Virus record (IMG/VR): IMGVR_UViG_3300025277_000017
Direction: 5' to 3' (one strand)
Length of the DNA: 64,000 nt
From: an uncultured virus (IMG/VR IMGVR_UViG_3300025277_000017)
Taxonomy: Duplodnaviria; Heunggongvirae; Uroviricota; Caudoviricetes
The notes under the pieces are model-generated. The model searched no databases and was not told where the DNA came from. It saw only the letters and a list, made by a program, of their open reading frames with translations. Position numbers and translations under genes: made by a program. Shown in pieces: positions 54,654 to 64,000 of the stretch (position 1 is its first letter; the number at the start of each line of letters is the position of its first letter).

Positions 54654-55661
54654 CTAGTTTGTTGCGTAAAACGGCATCCAGTAACTGGTTCCACCGACAT
54701 CCACGAGAACGTGTCCCGTCAATGATCCCACGCTTGTGTCCGTTGTAACGTTCGTGCTTTGGTCAGAGGCGCTTGTTCCATCGAACTTGATGAAAGGCTT
54801 GTCCTCGTCATCCTGGTCGAGCAACAGGCAGGGAACGGCTCCCGATGCGCTGTTCTGGTTTATCTCCAGCTTTGCCGCCGGAGCGAGCACGCCAATGCCG
54901 ACCCTGTCAGTTCCGCCGTCCGAGACAAAATTATTCGCGTCCCCGTTGCTTTCAATCCTGTAGTCAAGGTCCGCTGATGCATTATTGAATATGAAAGATC
55001 CGCCGTCAAATTCAACATTCCCTGTTGCCTTGAGGCTGCCGACAATATCCAGTGTAAATGAAGGGGAAGACTGGTTAATGCCAATCGTGTCCGCGCTGCC
55101 GTCAACAAAGAAGGCATGCGTGTAAGAGGCGGATTCAATCCTGAAATCAAGGTCGTTCGCCGATGCTTCATTAAAAGTAAAAGCACCACCATTAAAATTA
55201 ACGGCTCCCGCCACGTCCAGTGTTCCGTTGGCCGTGATATTTCCCGCATCGTCCAAGACGTCGAACATCGTCGATCCGTCCGTGTACAGTAAGTGTTTTG
55301 ATCCTGCTATAAGTCCATCAGTTGTTCCTGTTCCACCAGCCGGCTTGAAGTTAAGAGTGTATGTTCCCATGGTCGCCGCATTGTCAACAATGTACCAGTT
55401 CTCCACCGCCTCGCACTGCATGGTTGTGTTGCCCGTCAGCGTTCCCGTCAGTTTTATGATTGCGTTGCTTGTTTCATCCGCTGTTGTTCCGTCCGTTGCC
55501 GTCAGGGAATCCGTTGTGCTCGCTATTGCGACAGAGACGTATCCCTTGATAGCCGATTCCAGCTTTTGCAAATTGTTATTTGTTATTGTACCCCAAGTCG
55601 CGGCGTTCTCCCCCGTTGTCTGGAGCTCAAGGTTCAGGGTGCCTGAATATGTCGATGCCAT
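54654..55661 (-). CDS. Tail fibre-like protein
   Basis: MASTYS..GENAATWGTITNNNL, DFRIES repeats. Confidence 0.7.
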   Translation of the reverse strand: MASTYSGTLNLELQTTGENAATWGTITNNNLQKLESAIKGYVSVAIASTTDSLTATDGTTADETSNAIIKLTGTLTGNTTMQCEAVENWYIVDNAATMGTYTLNFKPAGGTGTTDGLIAGSKHLLYTDGSTMFDVLDDAGNITANGTLDVAGAVNFNGGAFTFNEASANDLDFRIESASYTHAFFVDGSADTIGINQSSPSFTLDIVGSLKATGNVEFDGGSFIFNNASADLDYRIESNGDANNFVSDGGTDRVGIGVLAPAAKLEINQNSASGAVPCLLLDQDDEDKPFIKFDGTSASDQSTNVTTDTSVGSLTGHVLVDVGGTSYWMPFYATN

Positions 55662-55678
55662 TTTTAGTTCCTCCTTAT

Positions 55679-56014
55679 CTAATCAATTTCCGTCCATGAC
55701 GCCGTCTGGCTGTCATCAACTTCCGTCCAATCTACTGTCTGGCTGTCATCCGTCTCGTTCCACAAAGTAAGATCCACGTCATTCACGCTCAGGGTGATCA
55801 AGGTCTGGAATGCCTCCCCGAATGCCGTCTCGTCTCCAATGCTGAACGTTGCATAATTTCCTGTCGCGTCCACGGGTGCCGAACCGGTAACCGTTTCCGT
55901 GCCGATGCTGAATGTTGCTGCATTTCCACCTTCCGTGAATGAAAGGTTATGCACCACGCTCAGCATTGCGTCCTGGAATGCCTGCTCCGCGAATGCTGTG
56001 TGTCCTAGAAGCAT
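55679..56014 (-). CDS. Small structural protein
   Basis: MLLGHTAFAE; W-T-E-V-D-D-S-Q-T repeats. Confidence 0.7.
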   Translation of the reverse strand: MLLGHTAFAEQAFQDAMLSVVHNLSFTEGGNAATFSIGTETVTGSAPVDATGNYATFSIGDETAFGEAFQTLITLSVNDVDLTLWNETDDSQTVDWTEVDDSQTASWTEID

Positions 56015-56017
56015 CTG

Positions 56018-56629
56018 TTACCCATTTGGATCCGTTGGCCATTCGCCAAGTGGCTTGCTTTGTACACCGTCCGTTATTGTATAAGTAAACAAAGCCGCCA
56101 AAGCGTCCACGTCCGCCGCACCGTCCACCTGTGCCTGCATTGAATTGCACTTGGCCCTCACGGCCGTCCTGTAATCCGTTATGGCACTGGGTATTGACGT
56201 TCCGGCTTCCGTGTTACGTATAACATACCAGTCATATTTTGCAAGAAGTCCTGCCGCCTGTCTGTCGAATAGTTCCTTTTTAACTGTCTTTAAGCCTTTA
56301 GTAACAACTTGATTTCCATTATCATCTAGTATTGGGTTGTCATCTCCATCAACCTCATTTCTATCCGCAATGGCTTTAGCAACAGCCGTGCCATATGTTG
56401 CCGTTACGACTCCCCCTGCAAAGGCTAGGGTCTGGTTGGTATTAGTGTACCATTTCTCATCCCTTTTATTGGTATCATCATAAACAACCGAATAGATGCC
56501 TATGGCATTTAAATCTGCTTCCGGCCACAGACTGTGAATGTTCTGGGGATACTGAACGTCACCTATCGTCATCCCCCTAGGATTATTATAGGTTTTTGTT
56601 ATTGTGTTATCTTCTACTAAAGCGTACAT
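56018..56629 (-). CDS. Tail fibre assembly chaperone-like protein
   Basis: LLAKYDWYVIR..YRTAVR..WP. Confidence 0.7.
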   Translation of the reverse strand: MYALVEDNTITKTYNNPRGMTIGDVQYPQNIHSLWPEADLNAIGIYSVVYDDTNKRDEKWYTNTNQTLAFAGGVVTATYGTAVAKAIADRNEVDGDDNPILDDNGNQVVTKGLKTVKKELFDRQAAGLLAKYDWYVIRNTEAGTSIPSAITDYRTAVRAKCNSMQAQVDGAADVDALAALFTYTITDGVQSKPLGEWPTDPNG

Positions 56630-56642
56630 TTCTCCTCCTTAA

Positions 56643-57746
56643 TTATTTTGCCGTGCACGGTACTCCCCCTGATGTTACAAATGGTTGTTCTGCGAATGCC
56701 ATATATAAATAATTATCACCGCTTGTATTATCATTATTTTCAGTATTTCTAATTTTAAAACCATTAGATAATAAATCAATTACAGTTGCACTATCATTTA
56801 CACTTTCAGCATTAGCCCCATTAGCTAATAAAACTGTTCCATTTGGATTTGTTCCTCCAGTTGTTGTTCTTTTGTTATCTCTTATTACCCAATTTGATAC
56901 GCTGTCTACATTTTTATACAGAAGATAAGCTGGTTTAAATCCTGTATAAACAAATGGGCCGTCTGCATTTCCGTTGCCTGTATACCCACCAAATTTTGAG
57001 TAGCCTTGTATTTCCCTCCAAGCATAGCATACAAATGTTTCAGTATCACCGTGAACTCCCGAATTACTTAATGAACATACTGTTGATGTTGGTGCTGTGT
57101 CATTCCAAATAAGAAAATCAGTAGTTGCATCAGTAGTATCTAAAACCAAGTAATCCGTTTCTGGTGCCGCTGTATTGGCACTATGATACATATACCAGTT
57201 ATTTACTGTGCTTCTTTCCTTGAATAAAAGAACATCTGGAACTGCACCAAGACCGTGTGATACTGTTGCTGTTGCTCCTGTTCCTGTATAAAGAATTATT
57301 GAAAATCCCGCTGTTGTATTTGCTTGGTGTGTACTTGCTAAAATTTGTGATGCACCGCTTCCACTCGCACTTACAGATGATGTTGAACCGCCATTAGCTT
57401 TCCATTGCCATGCTACGTGACCATCATCTGCATAATTAATTTGATTTGTTCCAGAAGTAGCTCCCAAGCTAAAACCATCAGAACTAAAAGCTGTCAAGTT
57501 CATATTTCCCGATGCATCACCTTCTGCAGCATCTTCATCTGATTTCAATGATTTAGATGTACCAGTTCCTCTGGTTGAATCATACAAACCGTGAGCGGCA
57601 GAAATTTCTCTATTCTTCATCCAAATTAAATCTGGTGCAAAATCTCCTGCATTAGCGTCATTGGTAATAGCATTTGCATCTGCATTACCAGTATATAATT
57701 GAATATGAAAATGTGCTGATGGGTCATCTATTGTTGTATAAGCCAT
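56643..57746 (-). CDS. Receptor-binding/tail fibre domain protein
   Basis: Start reassigned to MAYTTIDDP; YTGN, PDLIWMKNR, GFSIILYTG, YLYMAFAE. Confidence 0.75.
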   Translation of the reverse strand: MAYTTIDDPSAHFHIQLYTGNADANAITNDANAGDFAPDLIWMKNREISAAHGLYDSTRGTGTSKSLKSDEDAAEGDASGNMNLTAFSSDGFSLGATSGTNQINYADDGHVAWQWKANGGSTSSVSASGSGASQILASTHQANTTAGFSIILYTGTGATATVSHGLGAVPDVLLFKERSTVNNWYMYHSANTAAPETDYLVLDTTDATTDFLIWNDTAPTSTVCSLSNSGVHGDTETFVCYAWREIQGYSKFGGYTGNGNADGPFVYTGFKPAYLLYKNVDSVSNWVIRDNKRTTTGGTNPNGTVLLANGANAESVNDSATVIDLLSNGFKIRNTENNDNTSGDNYLYMAFAEQPFVTSGGVPCTAK

Positions 57747-59182
57747 TATCCATACTCCGCTAGGTTCTTGGTGCAAAGGGCATAGTAGCCACTAGGTACT
57801 GCGAATTCAAAGTTTCCGTATCCGTTGGCATCCGCATTGCCACTTGATATTGAATGTACAGGATTTCCAAAATTAACCTGACCTTCTCCAGCTTGTGAAC
57901 CAGAAGCATAAGTCATAAATACATAAGGATTGGATTTAGTTTCAGAAAGATTTTCTGTTTTAGTTAAACTTCCTTCCACATAATATTTAATTGTTTTTGT
58001 TCCACTATCTAAATCAATCGCAAATCCAACTATCTCATTTTGAGCAACAACTGTTCCACCTGTTTGTGTATTTGAACCATTAGCATAAACATATCCATCT
58101 CTCCTATAACTGTAACTATCTGTAAAATTGCCTGGATAATCAGTAGCAGCATGATTATCTACAGCATCATAACCAACTTGCCCTATGCCTGATTGGGGAT
58201 TATAGTCATTATCATTAGTACACTTTAGTTCTATATACCATTTCCCATTTTGCATAGCTATTGAACTTTTACTAGTAAAAGTTCCACTAACTTGTAAATT
58301 ACCCTCTGCTAATGTCGCGCCACTCATTAATGGGTTCATTGTAGCAAAATTATTCGTTGGCGTGTCTGTAATCATATGTTTTGCGGCAAGACTGTCGCTT
58401 GTAAAATGATTATCATTTCCAGAAGTGTCAGCACCTATTGTTCCTGTTCCGGCAGTTCCTGTGCCTGATTCTTTAAGTTCCATAAAGTGTCCGTTGTTCC
58501 CCCAAGTAACATCCGGACTCTTGGGTTTCCATATTCCACTATCCTCATCTGCTTCTCCAAATGATGATGGAGTTAAAGCAGAGCCATCAACAAAAGCAAG
58601 TTCAGCGAATGATGAATCACAAGGCGTGTTTTCATACCAAGCAGTTTTACCAACAGTTCCATCAAACCATAAATGCGAGTTACTGGCGTTACCAAAAGAC
58701 CAATCATCATTTTGGTCAGGCCAAGTTGCACTATCCGTTGCCGTTATTTGAGTGTTATTTACATATAGTTTTACTCTATTTGTATCCGTTCCCTGTGAAG
58801 TATCACCAACTAAAACAATATGATACCAAGCACTAAAATCACGATAAAGTGGTGACCAATTTATATTGGGATTTGTGCCTGAAAGAGTATCAAAAAAGGT
58901 AAATTGTGCATTGGATGCATCTGAATAGTGAAGATACCCAATATTATTACCACTTCCGTCTAAACTTCCCCAAATTTGTTGTGCAACTCTGCTGTCTAGG
59001 GAAGCATCAGTTGTGGAAGTATGAGGCTTAAACCAAAAGCTTACTGTAAATTTATCAATATCAGTAGCTGTGTCTAAGTCTCTCTTTAAAGTAGGGCGGT
59101 CTGCTATTGTACACCTAACTCCGTTAGTTACATTATATCCTGTATCTGCTGCCGAATTAGCTCCACCTATTAAGAATGCCAT
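57746..59182 (-). CDS. Concanavalin/LamG plus SPRY-like tail protein
   Basis: FTVSFWFK, WYHIV, GKWYIE, GFAIDLD, VPSGYYALCT. Confidence 0.75.
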   Translation of the reverse strand: MAFLIGGANSAADTGYNVTNGVRCTIADRPTLKRDLDTATDIDKFTVSFWFKPHTSTTDASLDSRVAQQIWGSLDGSGNNIGYLHYSDASNAQFTFFDTLSGTNPNINWSPLYRDFSAWYHIVLVGDTSQGTDTNRVKLYVNNTQITATDSATWPDQNDDWSFGNASNSHLWFDGTVGKTAWYENTPCDSSFAELAFVDGSALTPSSFGEADEDSGIWKPKSPDVTWGNNGHFMELKESGTGTAGTGTIGADTSGNDNHFTSDSLAAKHMITDTPTNNFATMNPLMSGATLAEGNLQVSGTFTSKSSIAMQNGKWYIELKCTNDNDYNPQSGIGQVGYDAVDNHAATDYPGNFTDSYSYRRDGYVYANGSNTQTGGTVVAQNEIVGFAIDLDSGTKTIKYYVEGSLTKTENLSETKSNPYVFMTYASGSQAGEGQVNFGNPVHSISSGNADANGYGNFEFAVPSGYYALCTKNLAEYG

Positions 59183-59183
59183 A

Positions 59184-61733
59184 TTAAGCCCTTGTTAAGT
59201 TAAGGTTTCTTCCAACTTCTATCCAATGTGAATTGTGATATCTAAAGGTAAATAAATCACCCTTGGCTGCCGTTGTAGTGGCCGTTGGAGCAGTACCACC
59301 TGTAAATTCAAAAGCGGCGTTCCAAGCAATTGTCCTTGAACCTGTTCCATCCTGTATACAAAGAATAGAAATATACTGTCCTGTTGTAGGATTAGAAGGT
59401 AAATCAAAGGTCACATTACCTGTCAGTGTTACTTGTGCAACTGGCGATGCCCGTACATCCCAATCCTGCGTAGTGTCAAAGGTCAATGTATCTTCTTCCA
59501 AGTACACACCACCTGTTATTTTTGTTAGGTTGTTTGAATCTGCTGATAATACTTTTGATGCCGCACTTGTTCCCAGTGTTGTTAAATCTGAATAGTTTAA
59601 TTCTGTTGCTGTTGAAGTTACTCCATCAAGAATATTCAGTTCAGCCGCCGTTGATGTTACATTCGTTCCACCTATATCAAGGGTAACCATTTGAACTTCA
59701 CCCGCAAAAGTTGCCAATGAACTTGTTACTGTTGAATTCGGCGTGAGCGTTAAATGGGTTACGTATGTTCCCGCTGAATTAATGTCATTACCAAGAGTAA
59801 TGGTACCCCCGTCAGCGACGTTTAATTTCCATTCATCTCCTGCGTCATCGCCTTCATCAGCCATTAAGGTAATGGCTAGTCCCGCACCTTCAGTTGCTGC
59901 AATTTTTAAGGAATCAGTTGTTGTTTCATCATATCCTACAAGAACATTTTGGTCTGAGCCAAATTGAATATACTTATCATCGGCGATATAAAAATCACCC
60001 CATTCAGCACTAGCAGAACCTAAATCAGCACCACCAGAAGCATCGGGAATAATTGACGTTTCCGCTGTGAATGTGTCAGTTCGTATTCCGGAAGTACCAT
60101 TATCTATTGCTCCAAAACCTGAAGTTATGGAACCTGAATCCAATGCACCAGTTGTAACAATGTTACCGCCGCCAACACTATGACTTGCAAAATAAGTTGA
60201 TACTGTATCAACATTAGTCATTGCCATTGTACCACCATCATTGATGAGTATTCCGTCACCGCTTGCTACAGCGGTAGTGCCTCTTGAAGTACCGCCATCA
60301 ATTAAGTTAATCTCAGCCGCAGTAGTTGTTACATTAGTTCCCCCAATATCAAGGGTAACCATTTGAACTTCCCCTGCGAAAGTTGCCAATGAGCTTGTTA
60401 CTGTTGAATTTGGTGTAAGTGTTAAATGAGTTACAAAAGTTCCTGCGGAATTAATATCGTTACCAAGAGTAATAGTGCCACCGTCAGCTACATTTAATTT
60501 CCATTCATCTCCCGCATCATCACCCTCATCAGCCATTAAGGTAATGGCTAGGCCCGCTCCTTCGGTCGCCGCAATTTTTAAAGTATCAGTTGTTGTTTCA
60601 TCATATCCTATAAGAATATTTTGGTCTGAGCCAAATTGAATGTATTTGTCATCGGCAACATATATATCTCCCCATTCTAAAGCGGCTGTTCCAATATCTG
60701 CTCCGCCTGAAGCATCCGGTACGAGTGAAGTTTCTGCCGTGAATGTGTTAGTTCGTATTCCGGAAGTTCCGTTATCTATTGCCCCGAAACCTGAAGTTAT
60801 GGAACCACTATCTAAAGCACCAACTGTTACTATATTACCGCCACCAACACTTTCAGCAGCCATATATGTAGAAACAGTCTGCACAGTAGTCATTCTCATT
60901 GTGCCATCGTCATTAATGAGAATACCATCTCCATCTGCAACAGCAGTAGTGCCTCTTGCAGTACCTCCATCAATTAAATTTATTTCGGCTGCAGTAGTTG
61001 TTACTGTTGTACTCGCAATACTAAGAGCATCTGTTTCTAAAGTTCCATCAATATCCGCATTACCGGATATATCCAATGTTGCTGCGTCTAACTCACCCGA
61101 TAAAGTAATATCAGTGGCACCAGTAATGGCACCATTTAATGCAACAGCACCATTAATGTCTATTGTAGTTGCGGCTATTTGTACTTCTGTATCTGCAACA
61201 ATGTCTAATTGACCATCCGTAGATGAATAAATATATAAACCAGTATCATAAAATTGAATTTTTTCTGTACTATTTATTAAAATGTCATCAGAGAATTTAA
61301 AGTAATCCTCATCCTCCATCCATGTTAGTACGCCGTCGGCATCAGCACCGTCAAACGTTAATGTATAATCAACGCCTGCGGATCCTGTTCCAATTGTTAA
61401 ATTATTATTTGTATCGAGGGAAGCAATCTTGCTTGCCGGCAAGGTGCAAAATACGTCCTTCGTGCCAGCACTGAAATCAACAGCGGAATCGCTGTTCGAG
61501 CTTGAAATAACTGTTGTTCTTGCTAGTGTATCCGTTGACGCGTCTGTTACGGTTCCAAGGCCAACTTCCCATTCGTCCTCGTCACGGTTGACAATGGCGT
61601 AGTATGTCGTATTGCCATCCCCGATTCCCGCAACGAATGTCTCAAATGCTGTAACAGCGCCGCTCAGATCAAGCGTGCCTGTTCCCGTTGTTGTCGAAGT
61701 TTCCTTGACTCTATCATTCAGCTTTAGCGCCAT
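59184..61733 (-). CDS. Tail fibre protein with internal duplication
   Basis: DRVKETSTTTGTG N-terminus; QDGTGSRT C-terminal domain. Confidence 0.8.
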   Translation of the reverse strand: MALKLNDRVKETSTTTGTGTLDLSGAVTAFETFVAGIGDGNTTYYAIVNRDEDEWEVGLGTVTDASTDTLARTTVISSSNSDSAVDFSAGTKDVFCTLPASKIASLDTNNNLTIGTGSAGVDYTLTFDGADADGVLTWMEDEDYFKFSDDILINSTEKIQFYDTGLYIYSSTDGQLDIVADTEVQIAATTIDINGAVALNGAITGATDITLSGELDAATLDISGNADIDGTLETDALSIASTTVTTTAAEINLIDGGTARGTTAVADGDGILINDDGTMRMTTVQTVSTYMAAESVGGGNIVTVGALDSGSITSGFGAIDNGTSGIRTNTFTAETSLVPDASGGADIGTAALEWGDIYVADDKYIQFGSDQNILIGYDETTTDTLKIAATEGAGLAITLMADEGDDAGDEWKLNVADGGTITLGNDINSAGTFVTHLTLTPNSTVTSSLATFAGEVQMVTLDIGGTNVTTTAAEINLIDGGTSRGTTAVASGDGILINDGGTMAMTNVDTVSTYFASHSVGGGNIVTTGALDSGSITSGFGAIDNGTSGIRTDTFTAETSIIPDASGGADLGSASAEWGDFYIADDKYIQFGSDQNVLVGYDETTTDSLKIAATEGAGLAITLMADEGDDAGDEWKLNVADGGTITLGNDINSAGTYVTHLTLTPNSTVTSSLATFAGEVQMVTLDIGGTNVTSTAAELNILDGVTSTATELNYSDLTTLGTSAASKVLSADSNNLTKITGGVYLEEDTLTFDTTQDWDVRASPVAQVTLTGNVTFDLPSNPTTGQYISILCIQDGTGSRTIAWNAAFEFTGGTAPTATTTAAKGDLFTFRYHNSHWIEVGRNLNLTRA
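59623..60995. repeat. 672-bp (224-codon) tandem duplication
   Basis: Anchor CCATCAA at 59623, 60295, 60967; the two protein copies are highly similar. Confidence 0.9.
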
Positions 61734-61742
61734 TGAAACTCC

Positions 61743-62174
61743 TTACGCTAGTCTTAGAATAGCATTGCTTGCATCTGCTGCCGGAAACGCAATTGTAAAC
61801 GTTCCGCTTGTTGACGTCTTGTCGCCACCAAAGTCCAGAACAACTACAGCCTTATTAGAAGCATTACTATTATAAATTAATGCACCGCGTGCAGTGATTG
61901 TTGCTGATGTAAAAGATATATCAGAAAAATCGCAAAGAGCAGTTGTTCCACTTGTAGTTGGGGTCACTGCTGTCAATGAACCACCTCCAGCCGTGTAGGT
62001 TCCTGAATTAGAAACTTCGTTTGTAGCGGAATAAGCAGTTGTTGAAGCGCTTAGAGTAGCCGAGCTAGAATACAATGCAATTTTAAAAGTGTCCCCTGTT
62101 GTAGCCGTGAAATCATGACCTTCAACGAGAATCTCCTGCTTAAAACTGGTACAAACAGCTTGGGTTATTGCCAT
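61743..62174 (-). CDS. Virion structural protein
   Basis: MAITQAVCTSFKQE, FKIALY, TARGALIYN, LDFGGDK. Confidence 0.8.
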   Translation of the reverse strand: MAITQAVCTSFKQEILVEGHDFTATTGDTFKIALYSSSATLSASTTAYSATNEVSNSGTYTAGGGSLTAVTPTTSGTTALCDFSDISFTSATITARGALIYNSNASNKAVVVLDFGGDKTSTSGTFTIAFPAADASNAILRLA

Positions 62175-62177
62175 GTC

Positions 62178-62882
62178 TTATCCTCCTATGGATTTTTGTT
62201 GTGTTTGCATGCCTGGTATTTTTAGTTCCCCATGCATGTACTCATCTCTTCGGTGCTTTCCTTGTTGTTCGATTATCAACTCCTGAATGGCACGTTGATA
62301 TGATTGTTCATATAATTGCAGCATTTCCGCTGGTCCCTTCAAGAATTTGAAGGCTTCTGCAAGACTTCCGTAAAGCAACGCCGATGGGGCATTGTTCCCC
62401 AACCATGAAGTTGTGTTGGAACTGGACAGTCTTGTTGGTAATCTAGTGATTCCTATCTCTATATTATATGCTGCATCTGGTGTTGGCGCAACATAAATTG
62501 TGTCCTCGTCCCACCAGGACCAATATTTTGGAGTTCCTGTCGATGTACGAACTGGCCAGTATTCATTCATGAAACTAATGTCTCGTTGTTCTAAGAAATC
62601 TCTTGTTGCTGTTCCTGAAGCAGGATAAATATGTACTGTTCTTATTGTAGCTAATGATGTTGGAGTTGCACCAATTCCCGATGCGCCAGGAAGAGATAAG
62701 AAAGGATTGCTCGACGTTAAGGCTGAATACTGATGAGACTTAAACGCATCAATATCAGCTTCCCTTAATATCCTGTTCTCTGTATGTTCTATAAAGTCGT
62801 CCGTTATTGTGGATGTAAGCACATCAGTGCTTGTTTCCGTGTAATTTAAAATCTGCGTTGTTAATTCAGCGTATGTTGTCAT
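62178..62882 (-). CDS. Head-tail adaptor-like protein
   Basis: MTTYAEL, GTPKYW, VAPTPD, LLYGSLAEA. Confidence 0.7.
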   Translation of the reverse strand: MTTYAELTTQILNYTETSTDVLTSTITDDFIEHTENRILREADIDAFKSHQYSALTSSNPFLSLPGASGIGATPTSLATIRTVHIYPASGTATRDFLEQRDISFMNEYWPVRTSTGTPKYWSWWDEDTIYVAPTPDAAYNIEIGITRLPTRLSSSNTTSWLGNNAPSALLYGSLAEAFKFLKGPAEMLQLYEQSYQRAIQELIIEQQGKHRRDEYMHGELKIPGMQTQQKSIGG

Positions 62883-63376
62883 TATGCACTCAATGTTGCC
62901 GGACCAGAAGAGGCATATCCTCCTCCACCACTGCCTGTTGTTCCTGCAGCTGTTGAAACTGCAAAGGTATAAAAATCATCATCTGTTTTTGTAATGCTAT
63001 ATCCATCAGAATCTTCCAACTCATCTACATCAGCTCCAAATATATGTCCTCTGACGTCCCTGAACCTTACAGTATCACTGCTTGACCGTCCATGGCCAGG
63101 TTCAAAAACTGATATTGTTGTGCTACTTGCCGTAAACCTAAAGGGGTTTAGAGGAAGTTTATGTTCCACTTCACTTTCATCCCTATCCGTTCTAGCGTAT
63201 TGTAGTGCTTCCTTGTCAGCAGAATGCTTACGGGGATGGTCCTGTGCTGTCTTGGGTTCAAATTCACTTCTATGAACACGCGCACCATTCCATTCCTTTA
63301 CCATTTCCTTGTAGGGAAATTCCATTCCACTACGGTCAGAGATAGACTTAGCGTATTTTCCTTTAGAGTACGCCAT
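62882..63376 (-). CDS. Conserved structural-region protein
   Basis: GKYAKSISDRSGMEFPY..EWNG. Confidence 0.75.
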   Translation of the reverse strand: MAYSKGKYAKSISDRSGMEFPYKEMVKEWNGARVHRSEFEPKTAQDHPRKHSADKEALQYARTDRDESEVEHKLPLNPFRFTASSTTISVFEPGHGRSSSDTVRFRDVRGHIFGADVDELEDSDGYSITKTDDDFYTFAVSTAAGTTGSGGGGYASSGPATLSA

Positions 63377-63381
63377 TTATC

Positions 63382-63615
63382 CTACCACTTAGAATCTTTA
63401 GATCCTACCCAATGATACTTACCACCTTTAGTGGCCGCACCCATGCTTTGCACAGTGCCAGAAACAGTTCCTTTGGACAGTGAAACAGATTTTGCCTTTT
63501 CCTTAGCCTTGGCTTCAGGAACAGAATTAGTTCCTCTATCACTCCAGTTTCCCTTTACTCCGCCTTTGGAACTTCTTCCGGTATTAGTGTCTTTATTCCA
63601 GTTTGGATTGCTCAT
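63382..63615 (-). CDS. Small basic protein
   Basis: 77 aa, MGAATKGG; AGGAGG SD. Confidence 0.75.
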   Translation of the reverse strand: MSNPNWNKDTNTGRSSKGGVKGNWSDRGTNSVPEAKAKEKAKSVSLSKGTVSGTVQSMGAATKGGKYHWVGSKDSKW

Positions 63616-63701
63616 TATTCCTCCTTTTTACATTCGCAGTCTTGACATTCACAATTGTCTCCACAATTGCATTCAGGACCGCATTTTTCACATTTAACCA
63701 T
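63615..63701 (-). CDS. Cys-rich metallothionein-like peptide (28 aa)
   Basis: MVKCEKCGPECNCGDNCECQDCECKKEE; GGAGGT SD; TAATG coupling. Confidence 0.75.
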   Translation of the reverse strand: MVKCEKCGPECNCGDNCECQDCECKKEE

Positions 63702-63709
63702 ATTACCTC

Positions 63710-64000
63710 CTATGGTATGTAGGCTTGTGCCGGTTCAACCCTGAACGACGTTCGTTCACGGTCATTTTCAGCAGCGCGTTTAAATTCCTCGTCATACACC
63801 GCTTTTAAGTTTGCACTTAGCATTGGTGCCCTCTTTAAGCTTATATAGTAAGCCAATCCCGCAGTCAAACACGGAAGAAAATAGAATGGGACATCGGCGT
63901 TATTAACGTAATCACCGGCATCCTGTATTCTTCCAATATAGAAATACTTGAAAATGTAAGCCTTGTTTGGGCTTGGATATAGGAAAAGGGTCATGTCATA
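63710..64000 (-). CDS. Partial head-tail connector/adaptor protein (3' end)
   Basis: LYPSP..RIQDAG..DVPFYFLPCLTAGLAYY..YDEEFKRA; runs off the window. Confidence 0.7.
   Translation of the reverse strand, partial: YDMTLFLYPSPNKAYIFKYFYIGRIQDAGDYVNNADVPFYFLPCLTAGLAYYISLKRAPMLSANLKAVYDEEFKRAAENDRERTSFRVEPAQAYIP

Noticed and set aside
59623..60995. Diversity-generating retroelement template/variable repeat pair
   Set aside because: Differences are not adenine-specific, the copies are tandem and in frame, and no reverse transcriptase is present
170..63697. Numerous plus-strand ORFs antisense to long minus-strand genes
   Set aside because: Shadow frames with no SD or motifs; only 25717-27514 and 37798-39237 are credible plus-strand units
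1..64000. tRNA, rRNA, integrase or prophage boundaries
   Set aside because: None recognised by eye; tRNAscan/Aragorn was not run, so a divergent tRNA cannot be excluded

Overview
The window is most of the genome of a lytic, podovirus-type dsDNA phage, almost all on the minus strand. Gene order and content resemble marine alphaproteobacterial phages of the HTVC023P/37-F6 kind; this is recognition only, with no search run. Modules: head (scaffold, GroES, portal; 1-8.5 kb); large internal virion proteins and TerL (8.5-16.4 kb); a 3 kb mostly non-coding region between terL and terS; small early genes (19.4-25.3 kb); a plus-strand membrane-protein/Csp operon; SufE, zinc-finger and PAPS-reductase-like genes; replication (PolA, UvrD-like helicase, HNH, primase, SSB, SNF2 helicase, Hsp20, exonuclease; 30.5-40.3 kb); putative ejected proteins (40-51.5 kb); and tail/fibre genes (51.5-64 kb). 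The major capsid gene is not visible and probably lies just outside. No integrase, tRNA, rRNA, CRISPR array or reverse transcriptase was seen. The most unusual signals are: (1) the terL-terS interval, an array of strong sigma70 promoter cassettes separated by a bipartite repeat with 43-45 nt spacing, which also holds DnaA boxes, NrdR-like boxes and a candidate structured RNA; (2) a shared xxGG motif that marks many virion proteins and divides a 1698-aa protein into modules, suggesting a processing or packaging signal; (3) paired GCCAATACC motifs in both orientations across terS; (4) a ROSE-like thermometer upstream of hsp20.
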